A stretch of 64,000 bases of DNA from IMG/VR virus record IMGVR_UViG_3300030708_002798. The stretch is one strand, 5' to 3'. Each line of letters begins with the position of its first letter. Position 1 is the stretch's first letter. The notes beneath the pieces are model-generated. The model did no database searches. It saw only the letters and a list, made by a program, of their open reading frames with translations, and was not told where the DNA came from. The translations under genes and the position numbers were made by a program. This stretch comes from a virus. Lineage: Duplodnaviria; Caudoviricetes. Of this stretch, positions 47,159 through 56,388 are shown piece after piece.

Positions 47159-48634
47159 TTATACTACCCAGGTAATCATACTGTATCTAGTTCCATCTGT
47201 AACAGGAAGAATTTCATGAGGATACATGAAATTAGATGGGAAGACTAAAACATCACCAACATCTAGTTCATGAACTAGTTCTCTTTGGAACATAGCAACT
47301 TCACCACCTTCATAAGCATTATTCATCGCGATGATGATAGTCAGTGCTCTAGGTTGCTCCTTAAATGAATCTGTATGCTCAATATAGAAGTCACCAACTT
47401 CATAACGTAGAAGTTCATATCCACTATCTTCACTAATTTCTAGTTCAAACTCAGGATGTTCTTTTACATATTCGTCAATAATATCTTTGACGATCTTGAA
47501 CATTTTATTATCAATTTCTCTACGGTAATCATTATTTTCATTGATACACCGTTGATCTGAGATAGTAATTACCTGACACTTTCTTGCTTCTTCATCAAGA
47601 CCAGATCCAGTAAATGTTTTCTCCCACAGTTCAGATCTTGCATACTCTTCCAGAATCTCATCACAAAAATCTGGATCAACAAACTCTTCTTTGACCATAA
47701 TAAAGTCTTTTAGAGACTTCTGTGACAAAGAACCAGTTTTTTCTTTTGCTTTATCTGATTCAACAGGTTTTGCATTTGATTTCTCTAGAAGAGAATTATA
47801 TTTCTTGTTAAAGATAACAGCATCATCTAAATCATAAAACTCTTCTTCATCATCTCTAGTCATAAATCCAGCACCATTATCACTTTCAAAATTGATAAAG
47901 TTTGTGCCAGTCTTTTCCTCAACGATGGTGAAATCATCTACATCATCTGCTTTTTTAATAGCATCATCAACTTGCTCTTCTACTTGTTCTCGCATCCAAC
48001 GTGGGAGAATAGTTTTTTCACTCATATCTTCAAAATTGATTCGTCTCATTTCATCATACTCCTTTTTGAGTTGTGGTATGTCATCTTCAAGATCTTTTAT
48101 TTTATCGAAAACTGCTTCACCATTCATACCACGACTTCTGACATAATGCAAGAAGAATTGGGTATAATTAGTTCCTTCAAAAGTATCCCTCCAATGTGGA
48201 GCAATACAACCTAAGTACATCATTGCATCACCAGGGTTAAGATTAACACATCTATCTTTTCCCTCGGATGTTGTAATCCAAATTGCCCATGGTTTATCAC
48301 CACCCAAATGTAAGGTCATTGAGATCTCACATGCTGGACGATCTGTATGCTTAATTAACTCATCACCCTTACGATAAATTCTAGAATAAACATATGTTGG
48401 TAATACTGTCTCTCCTACAATTTTACTTACTTCTGGTGTTTTATTAGCAAGTAATTCTAATGCGGGCAAATAGTTATATACTGATGAAGAATGAGGTGCC
48501 TGAGGATCCCCAGGAAACTCATACATTTCATCAGTAATATGAAACTCTCGTTCTAACCTTTTTGCTTCTTTAGGATCGATAAAATTAGGAATAACAAGAT
48601 AATGATTCTTTAGTAGTTCACCATTCACAATCAA
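47159..48634 (-). CDS. Tandem two-domain 2OG-Fe(II) oxygenase
   Basis: Domain 1: RIYRKGDELIKHTDRPACEISMTLHL...GDAMMYLG..APHWR. Acidic linker. Domain 2: LLRYEVGDFYIEHTD...YEGGE...FPSNFMYPHEILPVTDGTRYS. Confidence 0.85.
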   Translation of the reverse strand: MIVNGELLKNHYLVIPNFIDPKEAKRLEREFHITDEMYEFPGDPQAPHSSSVYNYLPALELLANKTPEVSKIVGETVLPTYVYSRIYRKGDELIKHTDRPACEISMTLHLGGDKPWAIWITTSEGKDRCVNLNPGDAMMYLGCIAPHWRDTFEGTNYTQFFLHYVRSRGMNGEAVFDKIKDLEDDIPQLKKEYDEMRRINFEDMSEKTILPRWMREQVEEQVDDAIKKADDVDDFTIVEEKTGTNFINFESDNGAGFMTRDDEEEFYDLDDAVIFNKKYNSLLEKSNAKPVESDKAKEKTGSLSQKSLKDFIMVKEEFVDPDFCDEILEEYARSELWEKTFTGSGLDEEARKCQVITISDQRCINENNDYRREIDNKMFKIVKDIIDEYVKEHPEFELEISEDSGYELLRYEVGDFYIEHTDSFKEQPRALTIIIAMNNAYEGGEVAMFQRELVHELDVGDVLVFPSNFMYPHEILPVTDGTRYSMITWVV

Positions 48635-48645
48635 TCACCTCTCAT

Positions 48646-49992
48646 TCACTTTTCCTTATCCAAGACTTCTTTAAGTGCAGCAAACCATTGAACTGCTTTA
48701 TCTACTGGGAATTGATTTTCTTCTCTTTCATCATCTGTCAGAGTAGTATAGAACTTCTCAGGATCAATATCAGTCATCATTTGAACAATATCATTGATAC
48801 TATGCTCAGTTTTAGATGTTTGTCTTTGATTAAAGAACTCAATGTCATCAACAGCCTGCTCGATAGAATCAGTTCTTATTTCAAGATCTTCCATCTTAGA
48901 TTGCTGCATTTGCCTATACTCTTCTTCAAAGATTTCAAGATTATCAGGTAGCATGAAGTCTGCTTCATCTTGAATATCTTTATCAAGTTCAGCAGCAACT
49001 AAATCTTGCTCAAGTGATTCTCTTGCTCTAGCAATTTCGTCAAGTTCTTGTTGCTTAATCAACTCAAACTCTTCACGTTCTGCCTCAAGTCTTGCCATGG
49101 TAGTATCACGTTCTTGACGGATTTCTGCAAGATCAAACTCCATCTCTTCAACAGTTGCTTCAAGATTTCTTGTTTGAATCTCCATCTCAAGACGAGTCTG
49201 TTGAATACTCTCTTTCTCAAGATCTTCCCATGCTTCAGCAACACGACGTGCTTCTTCACGTTCTTCATCTTCACGTTGAATCTGTGCCTGAACAGCATCA
49301 TATTCTGCTGAAATCTGATCTCTTTCTTTCTGTAGAAGTTCATTATACATCTTGCGTTCTTCCATGAACGCTTCCTTTTCCTTCTCAAATTCTAATAGAA
49401 GATCATCAAACTTCTTCTGCATATCCTTATTGATCTTTTGGATATACTCCTCAACCTTCATTACTTTAGCAGCAGTAAGTTCTTCCTCATACTCTAGTTG
49501 TTTACGTCTTTGTTCGATCTCTGAGGTTCTTTCTTGGAAATTTCGTTGCTCTAGTGCAGCAGCAAGTTCATCATTTAGAATATCATTCTGATCACGAATT
49601 TCTCTATTCTGCCTTTGAAGATCTTCAATGAAAGCAATCTGTGCTTCTTGTTCTACTTTATCAGCAACGAGTTCTTCTTGCTCTGATGCAATTCTTTCTT
49701 CTTCTTCGATTGCTTCTTCTAGTTGCTTTTGCTCAAAAGCAGTTAGAAACTCAGCATAAAAATCTAAGTAAGGTTGAACAATAGTATTGAATTCGTCTTC
49801 TCCGAAGATCTTATTGGGAACTGGTTTCTCACCAATTACATCTTCATACTCAAGTTCACCACGTCCATCTCTCCATTGAATAGCATGGATGTGACTGTCA
49901 TCAAATTCCCACCGAATATCATCATCATCGAGATCTACAGTTCTCTTATCAACAATAATTCGTTTGTCTTCTGGAATAATAGTTACTCTCAT
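48646..49992 (-). CDS. Putative fibre-assembly chaperone with long acidic coiled-coil extension
   Basis: N-terminal MRVTIIPEDK...IHAIQWRDGRGELEY domain followed by ~300 aa of Glu/Asp/Gln-rich helical sequence. Confidence 0.6.
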   Translation of the reverse strand: MRVTIIPEDKRIIVDKRTVDLDDDDIRWEFDDSHIHAIQWRDGRGELEYEDVIGEKPVPNKIFGEDEFNTIVQPYLDFYAEFLTAFEQKQLEEAIEEEERIASEQEELVADKVEQEAQIAFIEDLQRQNREIRDQNDILNDELAAALEQRNFQERTSEIEQRRKQLEYEEELTAAKVMKVEEYIQKINKDMQKKFDDLLLEFEKEKEAFMEERKMYNELLQKERDQISAEYDAVQAQIQREDEEREEARRVAEAWEDLEKESIQQTRLEMEIQTRNLEATVEEMEFDLAEIRQERDTTMARLEAEREEFELIKQQELDEIARARESLEQDLVAAELDKDIQDEADFMLPDNLEIFEEEYRQMQQSKMEDLEIRTDSIEQAVDDIEFFNQRQTSKTEHSINDIVQMMTDIDPEKFYTTLTDDEREENQFPVDKAVQWFAALKEVLDKEK

Positions 49993-50375
49993 TGTTGCTC
50001 CTCTTCAGACTTGGGTAGTAAATTTTCTTCTTCATTATCTATGCCTTCTAGAGGTTCAAAATACTCATCAACGTTGACACCTTGCGACTCACACATATCC
50101 AAATACATGTTACCAACTGCTTCTAACATATCTTGATTAGAAGTATGTGCCTTGATCATTTCATTTCGGAATGACTCAACAGCAGAACCAGTTTGACGTT
50201 GCTGTTGACTATTTTCAATCAAAAGTGTGGGCATCCATCCAATAGAACAACCAAAATGATCAATTTCTTGACCAGTGTTGGGATCTAATCCTGCGATATG
50301 AATGTACCAAGCACACTTATGCTCAACACAATCTTTTTTAATGAGTGGACACCACTTACCAGTTGCTTTTGCCAT
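49989..50375 (-). CDS. Conserved Cys-rich protein associated with fibre-tip genes
   Basis: CPLIKKDCVEHKCAW...GLDPNTG....GC...P.LLIENSQQQRQTGSAVESFRNEM. Confidence 0.75.
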   Translation of the reverse strand: MAKATGKWCPLIKKDCVEHKCAWYIHIAGLDPNTGQEIDHFGCSIGWMPTLLIENSQQQRQTGSAVESFRNEMIKAHTSNQDMLEAVGNMYLDMCESQGVNVDEYFEPLEGIDNEEENLLPKSEEEQQ

Positions 50376-50416
50376 GAGACGAATTTCAATGATTTATTTA
50401 TTATATCAGTAGATGA

Positions 50417-51712
50417 TCAACCTGTAAACTCACACATGATAATATCAATGTATTGAATCCTAAGGTTGATTGGACTTGTAGTTGTGGAATACCCACCATC
50501 ATCTTGTAATAGATGATCATGAGATTGTCCTCCACCAATAGCAGATGATGCTGGTCCTTGAGTATTTGCACCTCTCATAGTACCACCAGGTGTCAATGTT
50601 CTCTGTGTTACCCTGACAGATGTTGTCTGTGGATAACGTTGAACAACACGATACTGACGTGGTTGTCTATAAGATGCAGTGACTCTTTGAGGTACAGCAA
50701 CTCTGAATGGAATTTGAGATCTAACATCTCTTCTCTGTCTTACAGAGTATCTTACTCTAAAGGAGAATGGTCTTCTACTTCTAAAGTCTCTCCTCTGTCT
50801 TCTAGGTTGCGGTGATCTACCACTTCTAGGTTGACGGAAAGATCTTCTCTGACGGAAAGAACGTGGTTGTCTTGCCTGTCTACGTTGTCTCCAACCTACA
50901 GGGTTTCTCCATGATCTTCTCTGTCTAAATGGGAATCTATCTCTTTGCCTTCTACGTCTTCTTCCCCATCTTCTCCTTCTTCTTCTTGGAGCTCTTCTAT
51001 CACCTCTATTACTACCTCTATTATCTCTTGGTTGTCTAAAAGGAATAGGTCTTCTCCACCTACCAATATCAGCACGGAAACTAATAGGTCTTCTAGATCT
51101 AACAGGTACTCTAAAGTTGAATGGAAGTCTTACATTAAATGGTCTTCTAGATCTTGCCTGCCTTCTTTGTCTAGCATTTCTAGGTTGTCTGACTCTAAAT
51201 GGGTTTCTAGATCTATTTGACTGACGATATGTTCGTGGTTGTCTAATTTGTCTGGGTTGTCTGAATTGAATCTGAACACGAATGTTCTGACCAACTCTTC
51301 GTGCTGCTCTAACAGCATATGATCTAGGTTGTCTATTTTCAGTACGGAATGGACTTGTACCAGCAGATGATCGAATTGTTTCTGCACTACCACCACCATG
51401 CGTATGTGATGGTAATTGTTGAACAGTTAATGTTGTTGGATCAACATTTACATCTGCAAATTCTCCTTGAGTTACATCAAATGTACCTGTAGTAGGGAAG
51501 ATACTACTAAATGTTCCATTTCCTCCAGTACCACCACCAGATCCAGTTACAACTCTCAGTGATTTATTAGTATGATCAACAACTTTTGTCCATCCGACAG
51601 GTGTTGTGTTCTGATAAAAGAACATCCTTCTATCTTCTGGAATAATACCAAATCTAGAATCTAAACTTGTATTATTACCAAAGTCAATGCCACTTGCGTT
51701 TAATCTTGACAT
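50417..51712 (-). CDS. Tail-collar/HxH fibre-tip protein with ~260-aa Arg-rich insertion
   Basis: Paralogue of 51722-52249 at both ends (RL.ASGIDF, P..WTKV..H.NK.LRVV.G, PTTLT.QQ.PSHTH ... GGGQ.H.H, LR.QYID.I.C); ~88 Arg between the HxH motifs. Confidence 0.8.
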   Translation of the reverse strand: MSRLNASGIDFGNNTSLDSRFGIIPEDRRMFFYQNTTPVGWTKVVDHTNKSLRVVTGSGGGTGGNGTFSSIFPTTGTFDVTQGEFADVNVDPTTLTVQQLPSHTHGGGSAETIRSSAGTSPFRTENRQPRSYAVRAARRVGQNIRVQIQFRQPRQIRQPRTYRQSNRSRNPFRVRQPRNARQRRQARSRRPFNVRLPFNFRVPVRSRRPISFRADIGRWRRPIPFRQPRDNRGSNRGDRRAPRRRRRRWGRRRRRQRDRFPFRQRRSWRNPVGWRQRRQARQPRSFRQRRSFRQPRSGRSPQPRRQRRDFRSRRPFSFRVRYSVRQRRDVRSQIPFRVAVPQRVTASYRQPRQYRVVQRYPQTTSVRVTQRTLTPGGTMRGANTQGPASSAIGGGQSHDHLLQDDGGYSTTTSPINLRIQYIDIIMCEFTG

Positions 51713-51721
51713 TTATCCTCC

Positions 51722-52249
51722 TCAATTAAAACTGCAAAGAATAACATCAATATATTGAACCCTAAGATCCAAACTTCCACTGTATGGTGCAGGTGAACCT
51801 GAAAATGGGTGAGTGTGACCTTGACCACCACCAGCAGGACCAGTTGCAGGTGCTTGAGTATTTACTCTTCTACCCTGAACACCAGGAGATCCTGGACTAA
51901 CTGTTACAGAAGAACCAGCATTATGTGTATGTGAAGGAATTTGTTGTGTAGTTAATGTTGTTGGACCAACAGTACCACTAGCAGTAAATGTACCACTGAA
52001 AGGTCTAGTAGTCATAATGGTTGTGAAAGGTGATCCTCCAGGACCAGCAGTTCCACCAGAACCAAAACCACCACCAGTGCCACTAACAACTCTCAGTGCT
52101 TTATTATCATGAGTAGTTACTTTAGTCCAAAAATTAGGAGCAGTTGTTTCATAAAAGACCATGACACTATTTTGAGGAATAATGTCATATCTAGAATTTA
52201 GTTCCGTACCATCACTAAAATCGATACCACTAGCATCTAACCTTGCCAT
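51722..52249 (-). CDS. Tail-collar/HxH fibre-tip protein (short paralogue)
   Basis: APNFWTKVTTHDNKALRVVSG, LTTQQIPSHTH, GGGQGHTH; late promoter ATAAATA at 52271-52277. Confidence 0.75.
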   Translation of the reverse strand: MARLDASGIDFSDGTELNSRYDIIPQNSVMVFYETTAPNFWTKVTTHDNKALRVVSGTGGGFGSGGTAGPGGSPFTTIMTTRPFSGTFTASGTVGPTTLTTQQIPSHTHNAGSSVTVSPGSPGVQGRRVNTQAPATGPAGGGQGHTHPFSGSPAPYSGSLDLRVQYIDVILCSFN

Positions 52250-52270
52250 ATTGCTCTAATCATTTATGTG

Positions 52271-52277
52271 TATTTAT
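52271..52277 (-). promoter_or_regulatory. T4-type late promoter (ATAAATA) for the fibre-tip operon
   Basis: ATAAATA ~21 nt upstream of the ATG at 52249. Confidence 0.65.
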
Positions 52278-52940
52278 TTATCCGATATTAAATGCAATAG
52301 ATATTCTTTCTTGCTTACTAAAATGTGGAGTTACATAATGTGCCAAACATGAAGGCATCAAATAAACAGTTCCAACTTTAGGTCGTATAGAATACTCACA
52401 GTTCTCATCAATTTCTGCATAGGCAACATTATGATTCATTGGATCTTGCCTTAAAACAGTGAAAACACCTTCGTTTTCTTTCAGATTATCAGGAACAGCA
52501 GGATAATATAGACCAATTATAGCACATCCAGGATGAGTATGATATACATTATATCCCATACCTTCATTGATATTGATCCACCAACCAATACCACCATCAT
52601 GAGGTCTCCATTCTGACCCATTTTCTTCCATCATATGTGCAGTAAGATCTACAACATTTCGTGCAAGATTCTGAATATGTGGAGTTGTATAAGGTTTGAT
52701 CTCATCAAGTTCATATGGATAACTTTGCCAACCACCTCCATGATTTGATTTTGTCACACCTCTAGGATACATTCTCCTCAAGTCATGACATTCTTCTACA
52801 ATACTTTCATTGTCAATATCTAGATCAAATTCATACAAATAAGTTGGAAATATGTTATTTGCTTCTTTATTCTTGATAGGTATTTCAGTAAAAAAGTTAT
52901 CACCGAAGTTACCATGATCTACTAACTTGTGTTCAGTCAT
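52278..52940 (-). CDS. 2OG-Fe(II) oxygenase (TIGR02466-like)
   Basis: SNHGGGWQS, WWININ..GYNVYHTHPG, MPSCLAHYVTP...ERISIAFN. Confidence 0.85.
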   Translation of the reverse strand: MTEHKLVDHGNFGDNFFTEIPIKNKEANNIFPTYLYEFDLDIDNESIVEECHDLRRMYPRGVTKSNHGGGWQSYPYELDEIKPYTTPHIQNLARNVVDLTAHMMEENGSEWRPHDGGIGWWININEGMGYNVYHTHPGCAIIGLYYPAVPDNLKENEGVFTVLRQDPMNHNVAYAEIDENCEYSIRPKVGTVYLMPSCLAHYVTPHFSKQERISIAFNIG

Positions 52941-53682
52941 CGTCTTCGCAATCTGGATTTACAAAAAAGAATACTTGATTGATTCTATATTCAGCATTAC
53001 TCCAATGCTCCGCAAAATAATTCTCACCAGTTAAGTTCATGCTATGGTAGTAGAAACTTCCTTCAAACATAACAAATCGATTAAATTTTGATCGGAATGA
53101 TGCAAAAATATCCCAATATCTTTTAGGAGTCCATGGAATACCATGCTCATCTCTTACACCACCATTCTCATCTAATGGCAAAATATCAGGATTGTCTGTG
53201 ATAAGTGGTTTATATAGATTCGTTCCAATTTCTTCATTCTTAGTAAGATAGCAAATACCATTATATCCACTATCATGATGTGGCCACCAATAATGTGTTT
53301 TATATGGATTTGTTTCTTGATCTTCAGAGAATCTAGTATAATTTGTGACAATATCATTATCTGTCGGTTCTTGTCCGCACAGATCTGCTAACTTATCTGT
53401 AACATCTTCCATGCCAGGATGTGACATCATATGTCTACGATCTTCAAAATATAATGTATTTTTTGAAGTCTTTCCTGGATCCCATTCAGGTCCAAACTTC
53501 CAAAGTGGTGGAGTAAATGAATTGATATATTCAAACACATCATCAGGATGTTTATAGAAATTGTCCATCCAATATAGATTTGATACTTTATCCCCGTCAT
53601 AAATTGGGATGACTTTCATGTTTGAAAAATCATTAGTTTCAAACAATTCATGTTCAGTTCTTGGGGTAGATTTCAATTTCAT
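52933..53682 (-). CDS. 2OG-Fe(II) oxygenase-like (DUF6445-like)
   Basis: MDNFYKHPD, WPHHD.GYNGICYL..GTNLY, FNRFVMF...YHSM...RINQVFF. Confidence 0.75.
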   Translation of the reverse strand: MKLKSTPRTEHELFETNDFSNMKVIPIYDGDKVSNLYWMDNFYKHPDDVFEYINSFTPPLWKFGPEWDPGKTSKNTLYFEDRRHMMSHPGMEDVTDKLADLCGQEPTDNDIVTNYTRFSEDQETNPYKTHYWWPHHDSGYNGICYLTKNEEIGTNLYKPLITDNPDILPLDENGGVRDEHGIPWTPKRYWDIFASFRSKFNRFVMFEGSFYYHSMNLTGENYFAEHWSNAEYRINQVFFFVNPDCEDDD

Positions 53683-54254
53683 AAAAACATTTCCTCTATT
53701 TTCTTATTGTCAAGGCAGAAACCAAATACCCACAAAATTCTTGGAGTATTGCCATATGTTGGAGTAACTTCATGATGAACTTCAGATACTTGATAAATCA
53801 AAAGATCTGTAGGATTTATATCATTATATTTTACACCACCAATAACAGTATGTCCACCCCTATCTGCCTGCTGCGTAATGGCATTGAAGTGAACAGTTTT
53901 TGTATTGGGATAGTATGTAGGATCAATATGATTATCTATTCTTCCACCATTATATCCAATTCCATTTACAATACCTTGACTGTATGATGGAGGATGATTG
54001 TAATCTTCTAAGTGAAAGTAATTGACAATTCTTTGTCTGACAATTTGTGCAGCATTAGGATAATCTATATGAGGAGCAACTGATTCGTTTGGAAATCGAG
54101 TTGTAAATCTAGTACCAGGATTATCTGGATCCATATTAGCATCCTCAAAGAAATCTCGATGACAATTATCGAGAGTCCATTTGTTTAGTTTATTAACATC
54201 TTTCTCAAACAAAAAATTTCTAAGAACAAGAACCTTAGACATCATTTGTTGCAT
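53679..54254 (-). CDS. 2OG-Fe(II) oxygenase-like protein
   Basis: NHIDP...GGHT...SEVHHEVTP..G..PRILWVFGF. Confidence 0.75.
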   Translation of the reverse strand: MQQMMSKVLVLRNFLFEKDVNKLNKWTLDNCHRDFFEDANMDPDNPGTRFTTRFPNESVAPHIDYPNAAQIVRQRIVNYFHLEDYNHPPSYSQGIVNGIGYNGGRIDNHIDPTYYPNTKTVHFNAITQQADRGGHTVIGGVKYNDINPTDLLIYQVSEVHHEVTPTYGNTPRILWVFGFCLDNKKIEEMFL

Positions 54255-54912
54255 ACTCAGAGTATTCTGCGTCTATACTATTTTCTTCTTCAAAATTCAT
54301 AGCACCATATTCTGCTGCCATATTAAATGACAAAATCACTCGATCAACATTACTGGTATTTGGTGCAGTATAATGCAGAACATATGATGGGAAGATGATT
54401 AGTGATCCTTCTCTGATTCCAGGTGGAACAAAATTTGTAACCTGATCATCCGCAACATTAGGATTCATGAATACTGTGGGTGTATGATACTTGGGATCAA
54501 ACTGAATGAAACATACAGCACTGAAACCTTCTACACCATGATTATGAACAGAGTGCTGCTTTCCCTTTTTTGCTTTCTCAAACCATGTAGTAGAAACTTC
54601 AATGGCACATTCAAAAGTATCAGATAAAGTCTCTAGTTCTTCTCTAAAAATATCAGTGATTACATCACTATAATCAATATCATTGTCATAGTTGTAATGA
54701 TAATCAGTCTCTACATCATGACTCTCTTCTTTTCCACATGCAATCTTAAATTTATCACGTTGTTCTTTTCTGCTCTCATACATCAGAACAAGTTGTCGTT
54801 TTTTCTTTTCCCAATTATTCACTTTTAAGTGAAAAAGTGGAGTAGAAAACATTGGGATAAGATAGTCTTCACTACCTTCTGGTGGATCAACGTAAAGATC
54901 AAAGGTTGACAT
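54235..54912 (-). CDS. 2OG-Fe(II) oxygenase (TIGR02466-like)
   Basis: PMFSTP, WFE...QHSVHNHG..FSAVCFI, EGSLIIFPSYVLHYT...RVILSFN. Confidence 0.85.
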   Translation of the reverse strand: MSTFDLYVDPPEGSEDYLIPMFSTPLFHLKVNNWEKKKRQLVLMYESRKEQRDKFKIACGKEESHDVETDYHYNYDNDIDYSDVITDIFREELETLSDTFECAIEVSTTWFEKAKKGKQHSVHNHGVEGFSAVCFIQFDPKYHTPTVFMNPNVADDQVTNFVPPGIREGSLIIFPSYVLHYTAPNTSNVDRVILSFNMAAEYGAMNFEEENSIDAEYSEYATNDV

Positions 54913-54915
54913 AAC

Positions 54916-55143
54916 TTACTTTTTCAGTGATTTTTCGTACTTCTGTTGCAATTTTAACACTGCTTTTAGTGCGGTGTCAAATTTTCGGTAAATTTTACCT
55001 GATGGTTGTCCTTTAATGATTGTGGTATATTTTACTGCCTTTCCTGCCATAGGAATCACAACAAAGTTTCCATCATCAGAACAATACTGATCCCGATATT
55101 GATTAAGATCAAGAACGGATGAGTTAGTATATGTATACTTCAT
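54916..55143 (-). CDS. Hypothetical basic protein
   Basis: 75-aa ORF. Confidence 0.65.
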   Translation of the reverse strand: MKYTYTNSSVLDLNQYRDQYCSDDGNFVVIPMAGKAVKYTTIIKGQPSGKIYRKFDTALKAVLKLQQKYEKSLKK

Positions 55144-55146
55144 AGA

Positions 55147-56388
55147 TCAACGTTTGATTACAGAAACAGCAGCATCACCTTGTTCAAACACAATGTCAAC
55201 AACATTCTGAATCTTTTGTGCAGTCTGGATACCCACTTTGTTGTAGGTAGGGATGCAAACCAGACCGAAAGATTTGGTGTACTGGTCAAGTTTACCAGGA
55301 ATAATGCTGCCATTGCGAAGACCAGCAGCATCATCTTTGTGCAGTCGAATCACACGTCCAATGGTCTGACTGATACCGATGTAGTCCATAGACCGCATGA
55401 AGATAACAGCATTAAGACCAGAGACATTGATACCTTCAGACAAGATGCTGTGGTGCAGAACAACAAACTTTTTGTCGTCATCCTTTCCCCAGTCACTCAG
55501 AGTCTGAAAGAAAACCTCACGATTGACCTTGCGACCATCAATCACAGCACCAGTCTTGGCAGTGATATACATGTAAGAATAACCGCGGATCTCCAGTTGG
55601 AAACAGAAGTCAGACTCACCAATCAGGTTGACAATGTTCTTAGTGGACTTGGAGCAGATCAGTGCTTTGTCTGCACCAGTCTCATCAATAGTTTTGATCA
55701 GGTGAGTAGAATCCCGTGCAGGAACATCAGCAAACATATCTGCATTGTCCAGTTCATTGACAACAACCTTGGGAGGAATGATGAATCCACCGTTGATAAG
55801 TTCAGGAGCAGGAACCTGACAGATCACATCACCATAGACCTCACGATCATTCATGCCAGGTTTCATCACCGTAGCAGAGTGTTTCGGAGTCGCAGTAAAG
55901 AAATAGCAACGATCAGCATCATGACTGAAAAACTCAGTAGGAGGAAAGAAGTTGCGGGTGACAGAGTTGTGAGATTCATCAAAGTAAATGGTATTGACTT
56001 CAATATCTGCCTGCTGAACTTTGTGCAGAGAGTGATAAGTGGTGAAGATAATGCAAGAGTCACCAGCAGTCCGTGCAACATTAGCAAAGAGGTGAATCTT
56101 TTCTGCTTTGGTGCTGCTGAAGTGCTGAGTCTCACCACTGTGAACGTGCATGATGTGGACGTTCTTGGTCTCGATCAGTTCCAGAAACTCAGAGCACAGT
56201 TGCTCTGCCAGTAGGATGCGAGGAGCAACCACTACAAGGGTCTGTGGTGCTTCTTCGAGACCTTGGATGGCATCTTGGATCATGCAGATGGTTTTGCCAC
56301 CACCAGTAGGGATGATGACCTGTCCCTTGCTGTTCTCAGACATTGCATCGACAGCACGTTGTTGATGAGGACGAAGAGTGATGGTCAA
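55147..56388 (-). CDS. SF2 DEAD/DEAH-like helicase (type III restriction Res-like)
   Basis: LRPHQ (Q motif), PTGGGKT (Walker A), DESH, TATP, ILSEGINV, QTIGRVIR; TTG start 59 nt from a cassette palindrome. Confidence 0.9.
   Translation of the reverse strand: MTITLRPHQQRAVDAMSENSKGQVIIPTGGGKTICMIQDAIQGLEEAPQTLVVVAPRILLAEQLCSEFLELIETKNVHIMHVHSGETQHFSSTKAEKIHLFANVARTAGDSCIIFTTYHSLHKVQQADIEVNTIYFDESHNSVTRNFFPPTEFFSHDADRCYFFTATPKHSATVMKPGMNDREVYGDVICQVPAPELINGGFIIPPKVVVNELDNADMFADVPARDSTHLIKTIDETGADKALICSKSTKNIVNLIGESDFCFQLEIRGYSYMYITAKTGAVIDGRKVNREVFFQTLSDWGKDDDKKFVVLHHSILSEGINVSGLNAVIFMRSMDYIGISQTIGRVIRLHKDDAAGLRNGSIIPGKLDQYTKSFGLVCIPTYNKVGIQTAQKIQNVVDIVFEQGDAAVSVIKR

Noticed and set aside
50573-51373. 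Arg-rich stretch as a frameshift or assembly artefact
   Set aside because: The frame is continuous with paralogue-matching N- and C-termini, Arg codons are varied (AGA/CGT/AGG/CGA), and the alternative frames give only short ORFs.
50417-52249. Diversity-generating retroelement (template/variable repeat) between the fibre paralogues
   Set aside because: No reverse transcriptase in the window, and the paralogues differ broadly rather than only at adenines.
55180-56214. 344-aa plus-strand ORF
   Set aside because: Antisense shadow of the helicase, which has all SF2 motifs; no recognisable motifs of its own.
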